DNA of 64,000 nt from Octopus sinensis (lineage: Eukaryota), in the NCBI RefSeq assembly GCF_006345805.1, contig NC_043012.1, positions 28,954,001-29,018,000 of the forward strand. The letters run 5' to 3'. The position numbers and the translations under genes are program-made. The notes beneath the pieces were generated by a model. It worked only from the letters and a program-made list of their open reading frames with translations. It did no database searches and had not been told where the DNA came from. Shown here piece after piece: positions 39,081 through 55,319 of the stretch (positions are counted from its first letter, which is position 1; each line of letters starts with the position of its first letter).

Positions 39081-40349
39081 TGGGTGGGTATCGTACTTAA
39101 AGTACTTAAAGTATATACACTTAGATGGGACAGTTACTGCAGTATTGTCCTGTAATAGCATCTCTTAATGCATTCCTATGTCAAATCACCATAAATAAGA
39201 GATGAGGTCGAAAATTTGCTCCAGAAGGGCCAGCGAGATCATCAAATGCATTTCTGCTTTTTGGTCCTTTCAATTGCATGTACTCGCAGCCGGCCACATG
39301 CTCGGACAAGAATTCGTCGACTGGGATGCATGGAAAATTTAAAAAATATTCAGTGATGCTGCGAACAGCCGCCTAGAAACCGGGGTGGGGTGGAGTTCTG
39401 TCATTTTGGGGAGAAAATATAATCCAAGCAGAGTTGCAAAAGACGGTTTTGTTAGGGAAGAAAAGAACATCAAGACTGTTTAATCAAATTAACATTCCAA
39501 ATTGAACATCTAATCACAAGAATTTGTACTTTCGAACAGCAAGAGATAGTTTGAAGAACTAAAATAAATAAATAAATAAATAAATAAACAAATAGACAAA
39601 TAAATAAACAAATAAATAAAATGAAACTTACTGCATAATATCATGGTTGATAAAATATTGAGCCAACTGCATATGAATTTGAAAAACAATTTAAAGCTAA
39701 TAATACGGCTCATTCTTCTTTTAAAAAGACAAAAGAAGCGTTTATGTTAAGAAAAGTAAACCAATTAGTGAACTCAATGCATCTAAAGAGCAAACCTTCG
39801 TAATACTGTGCTCTGATGCATTAGATAATAGTTACAGGACATTGTGGCAAACGTAAATAAAAAGGATTCTTTCACCAGAGTTAAAGTGAAGATGGACAAA
39901 TGTATCAACACATATATATACAGAGAGAAGAAAACGGATTTTTATCATGATGTAATTGATTAGTTCATCAATAAATAACCTTTCTTATTTACTCTTGATT
40001 CAGAAGGCAGTGTGAGATTTTGGAAGTGTGAGAACTGCTTCTAATTCATAATATATTTTTCTTTCACATGTGCTATGTCGCAGTACATCAGCGAATGGAC
40101 TTTGCTATATATGCATATAAACCACAAGCAAGCGATTCACTTCGTTTCGAGATGATCTGAGTACATGGCGAAATACCGGTTTCTATCGTTCTCGGTAATC
40201 CCGAAGTGAGTTGCCTCACCTTTTCTGTGACATTCAGGTGTTCTTTAACACTCGGCGTCATACTGGAAGTTTTCTCTAGACGCTATGCGGCAGCAACTTT
40301 GGCATATAAGCAAAATCCATATCTTATGGACATGCGACCGATAATACTC

Positions 40350-40440
<91 letters not shown>

Positions 40441-40444
40441 CATA

Positions 40445-42190
40445 CAGGGTGGGGAGAATTGCCAAAAAAACAAGAGATGAAGACAAGTGATGTAGACAAC
40501 AAACAGATGTATTAGTCTAACGCTCGGGAAGTGAAAAAGTCTTTAACGTTTCGAGCCTACGCTCTTCGACAGAAGGGAACACAGAAAGAAACAAGGAGAG
40601 AAAATAGAGAATGTGTAGTGACTAGTAATCTATCATGGCGAATGCCTGGCAGAGGGGTCACACAGGAGAGCTGGGATGAAGGGGAGAAAATAAAGTAGTG
40701 GTGATCCCAAAACGAAGATGTGCGCGTGTGTATAAGAGTATGTATGTGCATGTGGAAGAGGGCTAGTGACCTTGACGTCTGCATGTGTGCATGTGTAGGT
40801 GTGTAGATAATGGTGTGGGGCTGGAAAGGGGTCAGTGCTAGTGTGTGCGTGGTGGTGTGATGTGGTGTTGTGTGATATGGTGGTGTATGGTGTGGTGGTG
40901 TGGTGGTGCTGGGATGTGAGGAAGGTGGGAGTGGGGAAAGCAAGGGTGGGATGTGGGTTAGGCTGACGGTGAGGGTAGAGGTGGGGTATGTGGGAGTGGG
41001 TGTAAGGGATGGGGTGGGGCGGGATGGGATAGATAGGGAAGGTGGGGTTGAATTGTGTAGCGGTGGGGTTGGATTGTGTGGGGGTGGGGTTCCGAAGGAG
41101 GAGTGACGATGAAGGCAGAGGGGGAAGGGAGAATGTGGGTACGAGTGAAGAGAAGAGAGAAGGAGAGTAGTAGTGAAGAGAAGTAGGAGTCGGAACAAGA
41201 GAGGAGAGGTGGGTGAGAGGAAGTAGGTGTGAGAAGGAGAGAGGAGAGGGGAGGAGAGTTAAGTTCATGTCGCGCAAAGGAGCGAATAGGGAAGATTAAT
41301 CCTTGTTCACGGCGAAAACGGGAGTCCGGATGGCTCCTGTGCAAGGACAATCCGATCCGAACACAGACAGGTGCTGCAAAGAGTGACCGGCTGAGCGGAA
41401 ATGGCGCGAAACCGAGGTGTCATTGCCGAGTCGAATGTCTCGGAGGTGTTCCACGAACCAGTCAGCCAAGCGGCGTCCCGTTTGCCCGATGTATAGAGAA
41501 GGGCAGGGAGAGCAAGCGACGCAGTAGATGACATTGCTAGAAGTGCAGGTGAAGGACTCGGTGATATAATAAGGGTCGATGATGGGTGCCGGTGCAGGGT
41601 GGTGTTGGAGAGGTATGGGAAAGTGCGGCAGCGCGGGCGGGAGCAGGGGAACGAGCCGGGTTGGGAAGTTAGGTTAGAGAAGAAGCTGTAGACCAAGAGG
41701 TCTCGTAGGTTGTGGGCTCGTTTGGAGGAGAAGGGTCGGTTAGAGAAGATTGTGAAGTGTAGGGGTCGGATTTGAGTCGCCGGAAGGTTGGAGAGGTAGG
41801 GTGGTGGGTGGTAAGTGAGAAGAAACGGGAGACGTGAGACAGCGGGGCGGGGTTCAGGGGGAGAGAGAAGATGCACAGTCCACGGAACGTGCTCTAGCAA
41901 GGGCGGTGTGGATGGTGGTGAGGAGATATCCACGTAAGATGAAGTGGCGAGCCATGAGTTGAGACTGAGTCTCAAAGTCATGGTCGTCACTGCAGAGCCT
42001 GCGTAGACTGAGGAATTGGGGATAGGGGATGGAGAGCTTGCTGTGGGAGGAGGAGAAGTCGAGGTATGAGTGTGAGTCTGTGTGTTTGTAGTGGATGGAG
42101 ATGGTGAGATGGAGATAGTGCAGAAGTGGAGGGCAGGATGGAAAGATTTGACAAAAGAAGGGGAAAAGTCTAGATGCTTGCGGGAGAGTG
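40445..42190 (-). mobile_element. Penelope-like element, 3' 1.7 kb (RT thumb, GIY-YIG, pyrimidine-rich UTR, terminal repeat)
   Basis: LPFLLTYHP..FSNRP..NLRDLLV..FPCSRPRCRT; then frameshifted TCTSSNVIYCVACSPCPSLYIGQTGRRLA.RFVEHLRDIR..VSRHF..GHS; ends in (TA)n. Confidence 0.92.
40540..40577 (-). ncRNA. Minimal hammerhead, A6U variant
   Basis: CCCTT-CTGTCGA-A-GAGC-GTAG-GCTC-GAAA-CG-TT-AAAG. Confidence 0.65.
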
Positions 42191-42889
42191 AGGTCACACA
42201 CGCAAGCATACATGCTTGCACACTAATATGAATGTGTGTGTGTGCGTGTGTGTGTCTGTGTGTCTGTGTGTATGCATGCGTATGTGCGTGTCTATACACG
42301 TATTTACAATACCGATAAGGGAAAATAATACTCTCCGCCTTTAGCCGTTTAAATGTATCTATTTAAGAATAAGAAAAACTGGCATACGGAATACGTTAAA
42401 AATTAAATTGATATCATCGAGGGATAATACCAGATTTGAGGTTATCTATATTGATAGAGGTGACGGTTACATGTCGGATTTGATTTCAATGTTAATATGT
42501 TATATTCATAGATATAAAATGCCAAAATAGTTGAATGTTTTCAGGTCCATGTTGGTCATCTCAATTCATTACTTTGACATTTAGGCTACTTTACTTGTAA
42601 TTAAATAGTTTCAAGGAAACACGTTTGTTTTGTTTACTTAAATAATGTTATGTAACCCTCTTGCTGATACTTGTGTCTAATACTTGGCAAATGAATGTTC
42701 ACAGTAGCAAAGCCAAAATATATTTCACCAAGACGATTGTTAAACTTATTTCAATACTCCATCTGTCATTATTTTATACATGCCAGGAAATAATGTGTTT
42801 AGTATGTAAATTCATTTACCCAACAGAGTTACACCGCTACATTTAGTGGCTATTTAAGTAACGTGTTCGTGGATGGTTATCGGATTGGA

Positions 42890-42935
42890 TGTAATGCTGA
42901 AGAAGAAGTAATAGTTTCTGAAATATGCATCTACA
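42890..42935 (+). ncRNA. Hammerhead-like motif, canonical core
   Basis: TGTA-ATG-CTGAAGA-AGAAG-TAATAG-TTTCT-GAAA-TATGCA-TC-TACA; AUC site. Confidence 0.55.
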
Positions 42936-43342
42936 GCCATTGCCTATTTTTCGATTTTTCGCTCGCATTGTTTACACATAGGTATTCGCATACAAATCGT
43001 CGTTAATTTTAGTGCCAATTCTAATTTTTATGGAAAACATATAGAAGTAGTTTAACAAAAACGAAATTAAGAGAAAAAATGTTATATATATGACGTCATA
43101 TGAATTCATTCATACACAGTGTATTGTGTCTAAACATTAAAAAAAAAATTGTTTTAGATATTGATTTATCCAACTGTATCTGTTAATACATTGCACATTA
43201 ATTAAGCTGAAACCTAGTTACATCTTGTTTAACATGTGGCAAGTTCACAGAATTAGGCACTTTCAAGATAATATTTCTCAGCCAAGAAATATACATGTTT
43301 ACATGAAGAGTGGATTGATTCAAGATATAGTAAGAATAAATG

Positions 43343-43740
43343 TGGAGGCGCAATGGCCCAGTGGTTAGGGTAGCGGACTCGCGGTCGTAGGATCGCGATT
43401 TCGATTCCCAGACCCGGCGTTGTGAGTGTTTATTGAGCGAAAACACCTAAAGCTCCACGAGACTCCGGCAGGGATTGTGGTGATCCCTGCTGTACTCTTT
43501 CACCACAACTTTCTCTCACTCTTACTTCCTGTTTCTGTTGTACCTGTATTTCAAAGGGCCAGCCTTGTCACTCTCTGTGTCACGCTGAATATCCCCGAGA
43601 ACTACGTTAAGGGTACACGTGTCTGTGGAGTGCTCAGCCACTTACACGTTAATTTCACGAGCAGGCTGTTCCGTTGATCGGATCAACCGGAACCCTCATC
43701 GTCGTAACCGATGGAGTGCTTCCAAAAAAAAAAAAAAAGT
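43343..43740 (+). mobile_element. tRNA SINE family B, full length with TSD
   Basis: A and B boxes, poly(A) tail, 12-bp TSD TAAGAATAAATG at 43331-43342 and 43741-43752. Confidence 0.95.
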
Positions 43741-45435
43741 TAAGAATAAATGCTATATACCCTGTGTCCGCCGCTCTGCATTAGCTATAGTTTAGGGTGG
43801 TCTTACAAGATCAAATATTGTTATAAGTAACAACTGTCAATGTGTAAAGACAAATGAGGAACTTATAGCCTTAGACCAAGGTCAGCTGACTCCAAACGGA
43901 AGTGATCACGAAGATAAACTATGCAAAACGAAATAGATTTTCTGATGTGACCAAAGGACATATGATTTAGAATGGTTGAGGATGAAAGTTTGAAGGTCTC
44001 TATTTGACGAGACGGCAAATGGGATTTCGATTAACTACAAGAGGATAATAATGTAGAAAGACCGCAAGTATAGTTGTGACCTGAATGCATGTGTCAGACC
44101 ACACTTGACAAAAGAAAGAAATATAACGAAAAACATGCGTGTCTACTCCCAAAACTGCCAGAATAAAATTGCTAAAATATACTGTCAAAAGTTCTTTTTT
44201 GCGTGTGTGATAATTATTTAAATGCATTGCACATTACTTAAATACATTGTGAAGTTATTCGCACTAAAAATAATTACACGTGTCTGTAAGGAAAGAAAAA
44301 AAAGTGGTCTCCAAGTGTAGCAATGATGTTATTTCGCAAAACATAGAACGTTCAGCAACGAAAAACGTTTTGTATCATGTTATCTCCTTAGCATCCTGTC
44401 GAGAATATTCATTTTGTTCTCTTGACGTTTATGTATCAGCCCGAGTTTGGCTTCAGCCATAAAGCAATGTGCATTCGAGAGGTAGCATCTAGTGGCCGTC
44501 TCCGCATGCTAAAGTCACACTATACTTGGTGCCTCTACTACGTCTACCAGTAGACATATAAATACGGTTACAGTCTATGTTGACTATAAGTTGGCTTTCA
44601 TGTGAATGTAGTAAAACGTAAATATCACTCAACAACAAGTTCTAACGTTCAAAATATTTCTTAAAATATAAATATTAGTGACTCCAAATTTAATGTATTT
44701 CAAGCAATAAAAAAATCGATCAATGGTTATTTTAAGGATAATATTAATTGCACATATAATAAAATTCAATTTTCAGATGCAGTAAAATAGAAAGCGAAAA
44801 ATTGTTTGGCCTAATCCCCCATGCAATCTTAATGAGAGAATAAATATCACTAAACATTAGTCTTTTAATATTTTCCGAAAAACACTACATAAAAAGTTTC
44901 TAAGAATAATGCTAAATTAGGTTTCAGTTACAGAAATAACAAATATTAAATTAAATTCTTGAGGAAGTCATTGTGTCATTTGAGGTAAGAATCGTTTAAA
45001 GGCTAAAAGTGGCCACGTGAGAACATTCTATGAACTTGCAATCACTCTAAATCAATAAATGACATGTTCGAGTAACGCGACTCTTGTTAACCTTCGACCT
45101 GGCTCTATCAAGAATAAGATCGACATTTTTTTAGTCACGTTTCAATGAAACCAAATAGCTGGATATTTTCTTTGCTTGTTTCTAACGATATGTGTTGAGG
45201 GTTAAATTAATGTAGGTATTTAAGTATTTATGTGTGTTTGAGTGTGTATTTGTGTGGAATGTATTTCTGCATGTTCATTTCTTTATGCTTGGTAGTTCCT
45301 GTGTAGTTGGGTATGTTTGAGTGGACACTTTTGTATGTGTGTCTATTAATATGTCTTTGTATCGTTGCGTATTTCAGTGTGTGTGTGTGTGTGTGTGTAC
45401 CTCTGCTTATATTTCTTATTCATATGAACGTATAA

Positions 45436-46637
45436 TACGAAAGTTCTACCGAAAGTAATGCAAACATGGGGAAAACTTTTATTAACTGACATAGTTTGTT
45501 AAAATTTGCACATATAGGTACAATAACTCTTGTTTTCTATATAGGTACATCACTATAGAGACTATAGAGACAAGTGATACCTTTGCACCATCATTGAACT
45601 CAACTCTCGAATCCTCTTCAAAGGAATTGGGTATGCACTGTCGTAGCCACTTCCACCTCATCTCTGTGCCTCTAAACTGTTCTTCATTAGACTGAGCTGG
45701 CGGTAGTCAGATGACGCTTGATTCGATCTGTGTAGAGGACTGGAGACCACGGAGCAGTTCAATTTACTGATTACCTGATTTGTTGCCTAAGATGTCTGCG
45801 TCACGCTTTGTCATGGTAAATGTGGATAAGTTTTAGATTCTTGTTCAGTCTCTTCCGCCTTAGATTTTTACTGTCTCAATCTACGGTTCACTGAACCGCT
45901 CAATGTTTTAGGTGCAGCCATGTTCCATAAAATCAAGAAAAATGACGTCCTTGATATCTCCCCAAAACAGTTGTCATTACTTTCTATGTTATTCGCCGGC
46001 TCTTGAAATTCGGAGGACAGATGTGACAATATTTCATAGACTGAATTTTCGCTTTGAGGCCCTAAAGACATAACTAGGTTGCATCCCTGTCTGCATTGGC
46101 TTCAAGTTCTTCCAGCATAGCAAACCAGCCTGCTACACATCTGCCTTTAAATTGGGTGTCAACTACGGCGCTATCCAGTTTGCACACACTTTCCGGTACG
46201 CAAATCTACCACAAACATCTGTAACGCATTGTGACCATAAACCAGTTCTGCAGCTACCTCATGAGTTATGACTCGCCTGTCCGTGCGAATTAGTTCGTCC
46301 GCTCGCTGAGGATTCGTGTCAGTGATCACACTTGACAGTTTTCCCCGGTGTGACTTGTCTTCAATACTGTTTTCTTCTTTAAACTATCATATTCCATCCA
46401 TCTGTGCATACTCCTCTTGACATTAATGTCATCCCTGTACGCTTCTGTGAATGTCAGACGCTCTGCATTCCCTCCTGCTTCGAGCCTAAACCTCTTGGAA
46501 CATTATTTGTCTGTAGTGAAGAATATGAGTCACAAAAGGGGAAAATTTATTCCATCAAAGGGTGCTATTTGAATGACTTAAGTTCGGTAATAGGAAAGTT
46601 GTGCTCACTTTCGCATTACATTGCTGTAATCCTTATA
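45436..46637 (-). mobile_element. Decayed full-length mariner
   Basis: Minus: ELIRTDRRVITHEVAAEL, TGD.T, KVMTTV, FLDFMEHG, YHD; mariner-like terminus TACGAAAGTTCTACCGAAAGTAATGCA at 45436 and a degenerate inverse ending in TA at 46637. Confidence 0.8.
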
Positions 46638-46744
46638 GTTTTATGTACCAGTCAGTGGTAGCATACATTTGTAACTAAGTCTCTTATGTGCGTGTTTTGT
46701 ATGTGTGTGAAAGCATGTATGCATAAATGTGAACGTTTGCTTTG
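46638..46744 (+). repeat. 107-bp direct repeat, copy 1
   Basis: Identical to 48620-48726. Confidence 0.95.
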
Positions 46745-46747
46745 AGT

Positions 46748-48726
<1,979 letters not shown>

Positions 48727-48991
48727 TCTGCTGTATTTCAATTATCCCGACAAGAAGAAGAGAAAAAAAGATATTGTAAAAGAAAAACAACTCGGCCAAG
48801 AGATATTTGAAACCATGATTTCTCTATCCTGTTCACTTTTCATATCATATTGCTCGAATTAGGTTACGGTTCTGAACATAGAAGCGAGAAAGTAAATCGA
48901 CAGGTCATAAAGAGTTGGGTAACTGAACTAATGTCGTTCTGTCTTCACTTGGTTTTAAATCAGAGAGAAAGAGCATATTCATACACACACA

Positions 48992-49025
<34 letters not shown>

Positions 49026-49105
49026 ACACACACACATACACACGCACACATACATACATACATACATACATACATACATACATACATAATGCATACATAC
49101 ATACA

Positions 49106-49141
<36 letters not shown>

Positions 49142-49377
49142 TATATATATGTTGATCAATTGATCAGACTGTTCCCTCAGCCGAACGACCATATTATTGT
49201 GATCCTCAAAAACATTTCTTCTGTCCAGTCTGTTTTGCTTTATTTCAAATTATATTCATTCTTGTAAGTAATTTTGTGTTTTTTTCCTTGCGAGAGCAGC
49301 AGAGTTTCTTGACGCCAAGACTGAATGTATTTACAGTTAATGCATCATATTAGAAATCTCACTCATACACACACATA

Positions 49378-49770
49378 CACTCACTCACTCACTCACTCAC
49401 TCACTCACTCACTCGTTCACTCACTCGTTCACTCACTCACTCACTCGCTCACTCGTTCACTCACTCGCTCACTCGCTCACTCACTCATTCACTCACTCAC
49501 TGACTCACTCACTCACTCGTTCACTCACTCACTCACTCGCTCACTCGTTCACTCACTCGCTCACTCACTCGCTCACTCACTCGCTCACTCACTCACTCAC
49601 TCACTCACTCACTCACTCACTCACCCACTCACTCGTTCGCTCACTCACTCCCTCACTCCCTCAATCACTCACTCACCCACTCACTCACTTACTCGCTCGC
49701 TCAGTCACTCACTCGCTCACTCACTCACTCACTCGCTCACTCACTCACTCACTCACTCACTCACCCACTC
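49378..49770 (+). repeat. (CACT)n with CGCT/CGTT variants
   Basis: Direct reading. Confidence 0.95.
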
Positions 49771-49866
49771 GTTCGCTAACACACATTTGCTCTCTTTCTC
49801 TCCTTTTCTCTCTCATGTCCACAGTTTAACTCTCTCTCTCTCTCCCTCTCACACACACATTCACGA

Positions 49867-49924
<58 letters not shown>

Positions 49925-50049
49925 AGTGACTTGCTTGCTTTCATCTGATTGCTTTAGTTGGGCTCATGTTAGTCTTCGGCAGTGTTTTTCTCTTTTCTTA
50001 GTAGGTTCAGTCACAAGCATGATGAGAGGAAACGTGTGTTGTAACTAGA

Positions 50050-50400
50050 CCTTAAAAGTGGAGCGAGTGGGTGGAGAAAGCGTCTTGGAACCCATTTTTG
50101 TGCGATTTTGAGGTCATCGCTTCTCTTACTCGGCTCAGAAATAGGGGTGGAATGTCGACACTATTTCTTAAAAACCTGGGCCTCGAGATACGGTAGATCT
50201 TCCTGGAGTCGAACAATAGCTTTGTATTCCTGGCCGTGAACAATAGCAGAGATGATGTATAGTGACTAGTCATCATATATGCCCTGACTGGAACAGGGCA
50301 GCCAGATTTATTCAGGCGTCTGAAAGTTTTCCTGGAAACTTCCCGGTCTTTAGTGCTAGTGGACAATTGGAACACCATTTTGGAGGCACGTCTGGATTGT
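50050..50400 (-). pseudogene. Possible non-LTR RT fragment
   Basis: GCPVPVRAYM followed by a 1-nt shift giving DD, resembling the RA(F/Y)MDD motif of early-branching LINEs. Confidence 0.35.
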
Positions 50401-51125
50401 ATGGGGTTATCTGATTGGAGAAAAGGATATATTAGCCTCGTAAACCAGTTTAGTCAATTCAAATTTGTTGACAGATTGATTTCTTTAATGTACCAATTTT
50501 GACATGGGTGAACGGTACCGGGTTACCCAAATCGTATCCAGATAAATTAATCTGTAAACCAGCAGATAACTGCCGCGCAGGTTGTCCACAGTTCAAAGTA
50601 GTCGAATACACAAAACACAAATTTGTGATTTATTCGCTCGACCGTACTAGAAACTACAAGCGTCTTTTCCAGTGCGCCAAGTTTACAGTGACCGGATTGC
50701 AGAACTAGTTAAAAGGGAGTTGACAGGGTCAGCCGATCAGGGTTAACTCTGAACAGGGCTATTAGATTAGAACTGATAAGGTTTAGTAAGGAAGTAGTGA
50801 TAGAAGCGGTACTTAAGAAATACCTTTCAACTTGCGCGCTGGCTGCGAAATTGACCATTGACTGATTCTTCTACGCTAAACACGAAGGCTGTATTGCCAG
50901 GATTAGGGCACATGCTCTAAGGCATGAGAAAACGAAAGCCGTTCGATGAGCACGGATCATGAGGCGCAACGTTGCATCAAATCCACAATTCAGTCTTTGA
51001 GGGATCGAGTGAGGCGCATATTACGTGATTCCTAGCATATGTGTGCAACTTTTCAGTGATGTTTCGCTCAACTGATTGAGGCAGGCAGCGGACTGAAGTC
51101 CAAGGGCGAACTTTATCGCCCACCT

Positions 51126-51449
51126 CAGCGCTGGATTAACCATTATGTAAAATAATCATGTGCTTAGGGTATAAAAGGAAGCGGGCACCACAGGCACAAA
51201 AGAAATCACTTTAAACTTGCTAAAACTATATTCAGTATATCTGATTAAACTTTCCTAATATAAATAACGTGAAAGAATACAAAAATAAACATTATTTTCC
51301 ATCTTACTGTTAGTTTTGTTTCATTTTGAAAAATACAAATTTATTTTGTGGCTTTTTTATTGTTTATATTTTGAATTACAAATATATGGAGGCACCAAAA
51401 TCTTTTATGTGCTGAGGGCCTCTGTGGGACTAGATTCAATCCTGGCCTA
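51126..51449. mobile_element. Possible MITE (CAG..GGATTAA termini)
   Basis: CAGCGCTGGATTAA start and degenerate TCAATCCTGGCC end; GTGCT.AGGG and GGCACC subterminal motifs; internal 51183-51238 is duplicated at 51560-51620. Confidence 0.4.
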
Positions 51450-51899
51450 CCATGACGGCCTGCTGCCTACAGAGCTCAGCGAAAGGTCAATAACTGCACG
51501 ATTAAAAAGTACGCTCGGAAACAATGTGGTTCTGGGTTTAGTTCCATTTGTAGCAACTTGGGCACATACATACACAGCACAAAAGAAATCATTTTAAATT
51601 TACTAAAACTATATTCGGCATGTTTTATCTCTACTAAGTATAGAAGCAGATGTGTTACGTAAGATTAATTTTGAGTATTTGATTAAAGACTTTGTAATTA
51701 AAAAACAATTGGGAGAAAATTTTAGCCTCAAGTGTTATAACGTCTTGAGCGAAATTTAGTGGACAAAGTTGCGTATCTAATTGATCCAATGGCCCAATCA
51801 TCTTCAACAGCCCGTTGACAATCAGAATGAGAAATTTGATGCATTTCTGAAGGTGTTGTTTTGCTCTTTTCTACTTAAGTTTTTACTCTTGGGAGGGTA

Positions 51900-52436
51900 T
51901 ATGTAAGTATGTATGTATATAAGTATGAATGAAAGTATGTATGTAAGTATGTATGTATGTATGTATGTATGTATGTATGTATGCATGTGCAATACATTCA
52001 CATACTTCATTCACATGTATGTATGTATGTATGTATGTATGTATGTATGTATGTATATACGTATGTATTTAAGTATGTATCAAAGTATGTATGTAAGTAT
52101 GTATGTATGTATGTATGTATGCATGTATGTATGTATGAAAGTATGTATGTATGTATTATATATGTATGTATTATATATGTATGTATGTATGTATTATATA
52201 TGTAAGTATGTATGTATGTAAGTAAGTATGTATGTATGTACGTACGTATGTATGTGTGTACGTATGTAATATTTATGTATATATATGATGTCCAAATAAT
52301 GACTGTAGTATGAAACATTAGATGACATTTCCGGGTGGTATTATTGAGTTAGACGTGGAGTGGGCCTCATCTGACCGAATCTCATCTATGTATATTTATT
52401 GCAAATACATACATACATCCACACACACACCATACA

Positions 52437-52481
<45 letters not shown>

Positions 52482-52760
52482 ACATACACAAATACACATA
52501 TATATTCATACGTTCATATGTATGCATGTATGTACGTATATGTGTAAGTATGTATGTGTGTATTAATGTATGCATGTAGGTATGTGTCTGTCTGTGTCAA
52601 GCTGCCTGTCTGTACGTATGTATGTACGTATGTCTATATGTGTGCATGTATGTATGTATGTATGTATGTATGTATGTATGTATGTATGTATGTGTGCATG
52701 TATGTATGTATGTATGTATGTATGTATGTATGTATGTATGTATGTATGTATGTATGTATG
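51900..52760 (+). repeat. (TATG)n blocks with a shared 35-bp unique linker
   Basis: ATGCATGTGCAATA.ATTCACATACTTCATTCACA at about 51981 and 52758. Confidence 0.85.
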
Positions 52761-53252
52761 CATGTGCAATAAATTCACATACTTCATTCACAAGTTCACA
52801 TTTGAAAAGAATCAAATACCACCAGAAGTAGTTTTTTTCCCCCCACTAAACCTGATCGTAATTTTTATTCTTCGTTGAAGGCACCCTGCCGTTCTTTGAG
52901 ATTTAGCCTCTGTCGACTGCAGGCCATCTATCAGCACAGTAGGATGCATCACGCCCCACTGACCTGTGATGGCTTTACGGCCAGCTCTCTCATCAACGTT
53001 GCCACTCCCATTTATTTTTCTCTGCTCTCCTGTAGTTTTAGATTAATGGCCTTAACGAACGCACGAAACAGAAGAGGGAAGAAGGTTCATTTGGCACAAT
53101 AGACTGGACAAAAACATTGCTCATAAATACTATGTACTTCGTATACACGTTCTATAAAGATATGCTAATTCATGTATGTTTCAGATAAAGAGAAGCGTAC
53201 ACTCACATCACACAAAGAAGCCTATTCACATACATACATGCAGGGACGTGTA

Positions 53253-53286
<34 letters not shown>

Positions 53287-53329
53287 GTGTGTGTGTGTAC
53301 GTGTGCGTATACATTCATATTAGATACCT

Positions 53330-53550
53330 ATTTCTTTATTACCCACAAGGGGCTAAACACAGAGGGAACAAACAAGGACATACATAGGTATTAAGTCGAT
53401 TACATCGACCCCAGTGCGTAACTGGTACTTAATTAATCAACCCCGAAAGGATGAAAGGCAAAGTCGACCTCGGCGGAATTTGAACTCACAACGTAACGCA
53501 GACGAAATACGCTAAGCATTTCACCCGGCGTGCTAACGTTTCTGCTCGCT
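53330..53550 (-). mobile_element. SINE family C, full length
   Basis: Reverse complement of 28449-28670. Confidence 0.9.
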
Positions 53551-53592
53551 CATACCGGCAGGCAGTGTGTTCGAAATTTACTATACCACTTG

Positions 53593-53651
<59 letters not shown>

Positions 53652-53744
53652 GCACGCAGGCACTCACACATACACACAAATACATGCATACACACACACA
53701 CATGCTGTCACACACATGTACATATACATACATACATACATACA

Positions 53745-53777
<33 letters not shown>

Positions 53778-54285
53778 TCTGTTTCAGTTATTGGACTGCG
53801 ATCAGGATGGAGCACTTGATGGAAGGATTAATGGCAACGTTAACCTCGGTGAGACTGGAACTCACAGAACGAAAAGAGTAGGAACAAATGCCACAATGCA
53901 TTCTGTCCGGTGCTCAATCGATTCTTCTTATAGGCAAGGTACAGAAGAAATGTTACAACTCTATAACACTCTAAAAGTAGCTCTCTTTGATGAAATCTAC
54001 ATTTTTCACTATCAGTTTCTATACAACGTAAACGGGATACTCTCTGCAGAGCACACACGCCACAAATAAAATATCACTGCCAACAGAGGTCATATTCTAC
54101 AGAATAACCGTCCCAAGAATTCAGAACAACTCGGGCAACATATACAACATCGGGAGTGTGATGTGACTAACAGGTTCACTTTGTGACCCCATGGTTCCAG
54201 GTTTGAACTAAGCGGTACCTTGAGTAAGTCTACTAGAATCTGTGGTTGTGCAATGCCTAGTGAGTGGTGCTTGGTAGATAGAAAC

Positions 54286-54324
<39 letters not shown>

Positions 54325-55319
54325 GTGTGCGTGCGTGTGTGTGTGTATGTATTGTGTTTGTATGTGTGTGGGTGTGTGTCTGTGTGTGTGTGTGTCTATC
54401 TGTCTGTTTGTCTGTATGTGTGCATCACTAAAGCTCGAGAATTACGCAACCGATTTCCTTCAAATGTTATACATGCCTTACTTAGGATCCATGCAGTGTC
54501 ATAGGCCAAAAATTTTTTAACTTGTTGCCCGGGGCAACTACTTATCTCTAACACTACTTCAGTATTACGTGTCAAAAGCGAAACAATAATATCTCTATTG
54601 TAGTGTGAGTTAATACTTTCAGTTTTAATAGTGAAACTATTAATGCTTTCACTATCTATATATATTTATTAGTTTCACTTCACTATGATATATTTATGTA
54701 TGTATATGTATATATCAGTATGTGTATATATATGCATATGTACATATATATATAAGTTGATGTTGGCATCATTTTTGTCTCGGGAGACAATGGAGTTGCG
54801 CATAAAATAAACAAGTCCGGCTTTTACATTTCATGTCCTAATACATCTCCTGCTATGGCTGCTTAGTTCTATCCTGGACAAACACTCCCTCTGGCAGGCG
54901 CCGCAAATATAGCTAAGACTTTGCCTGGCTGGTTGTGATGTCACATATATATATATACACATATATATTTGTGTATATATATGTATACATATATGTATGT
55001 ATATTTATGTATATATATATATGTATATATATGTATATATATTATATATATATATATTATATATGTATGTATAGTGTGTGTATATAGTATATATGTATAT
55101 ATATGTATATATGTATATATATATATATACATATGTGTGTGTATATATGTATATGTATATATATGTTATATATAAATAGATGTATATTTATATATATATG
55201 TGTGTGTGTATGTGTATATGCGTATATATAGATGCATATATATGTATATATATAAGTATATATCTATATATATTTCTATATGTATGTATATATATATATA
55301 TGTATGTATACATATATGC

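Noticed and set aside
40005-40050. GSVRFWKCENCF, WD40-like exon
   Set aside because: Immediate stop and no companion repeats.
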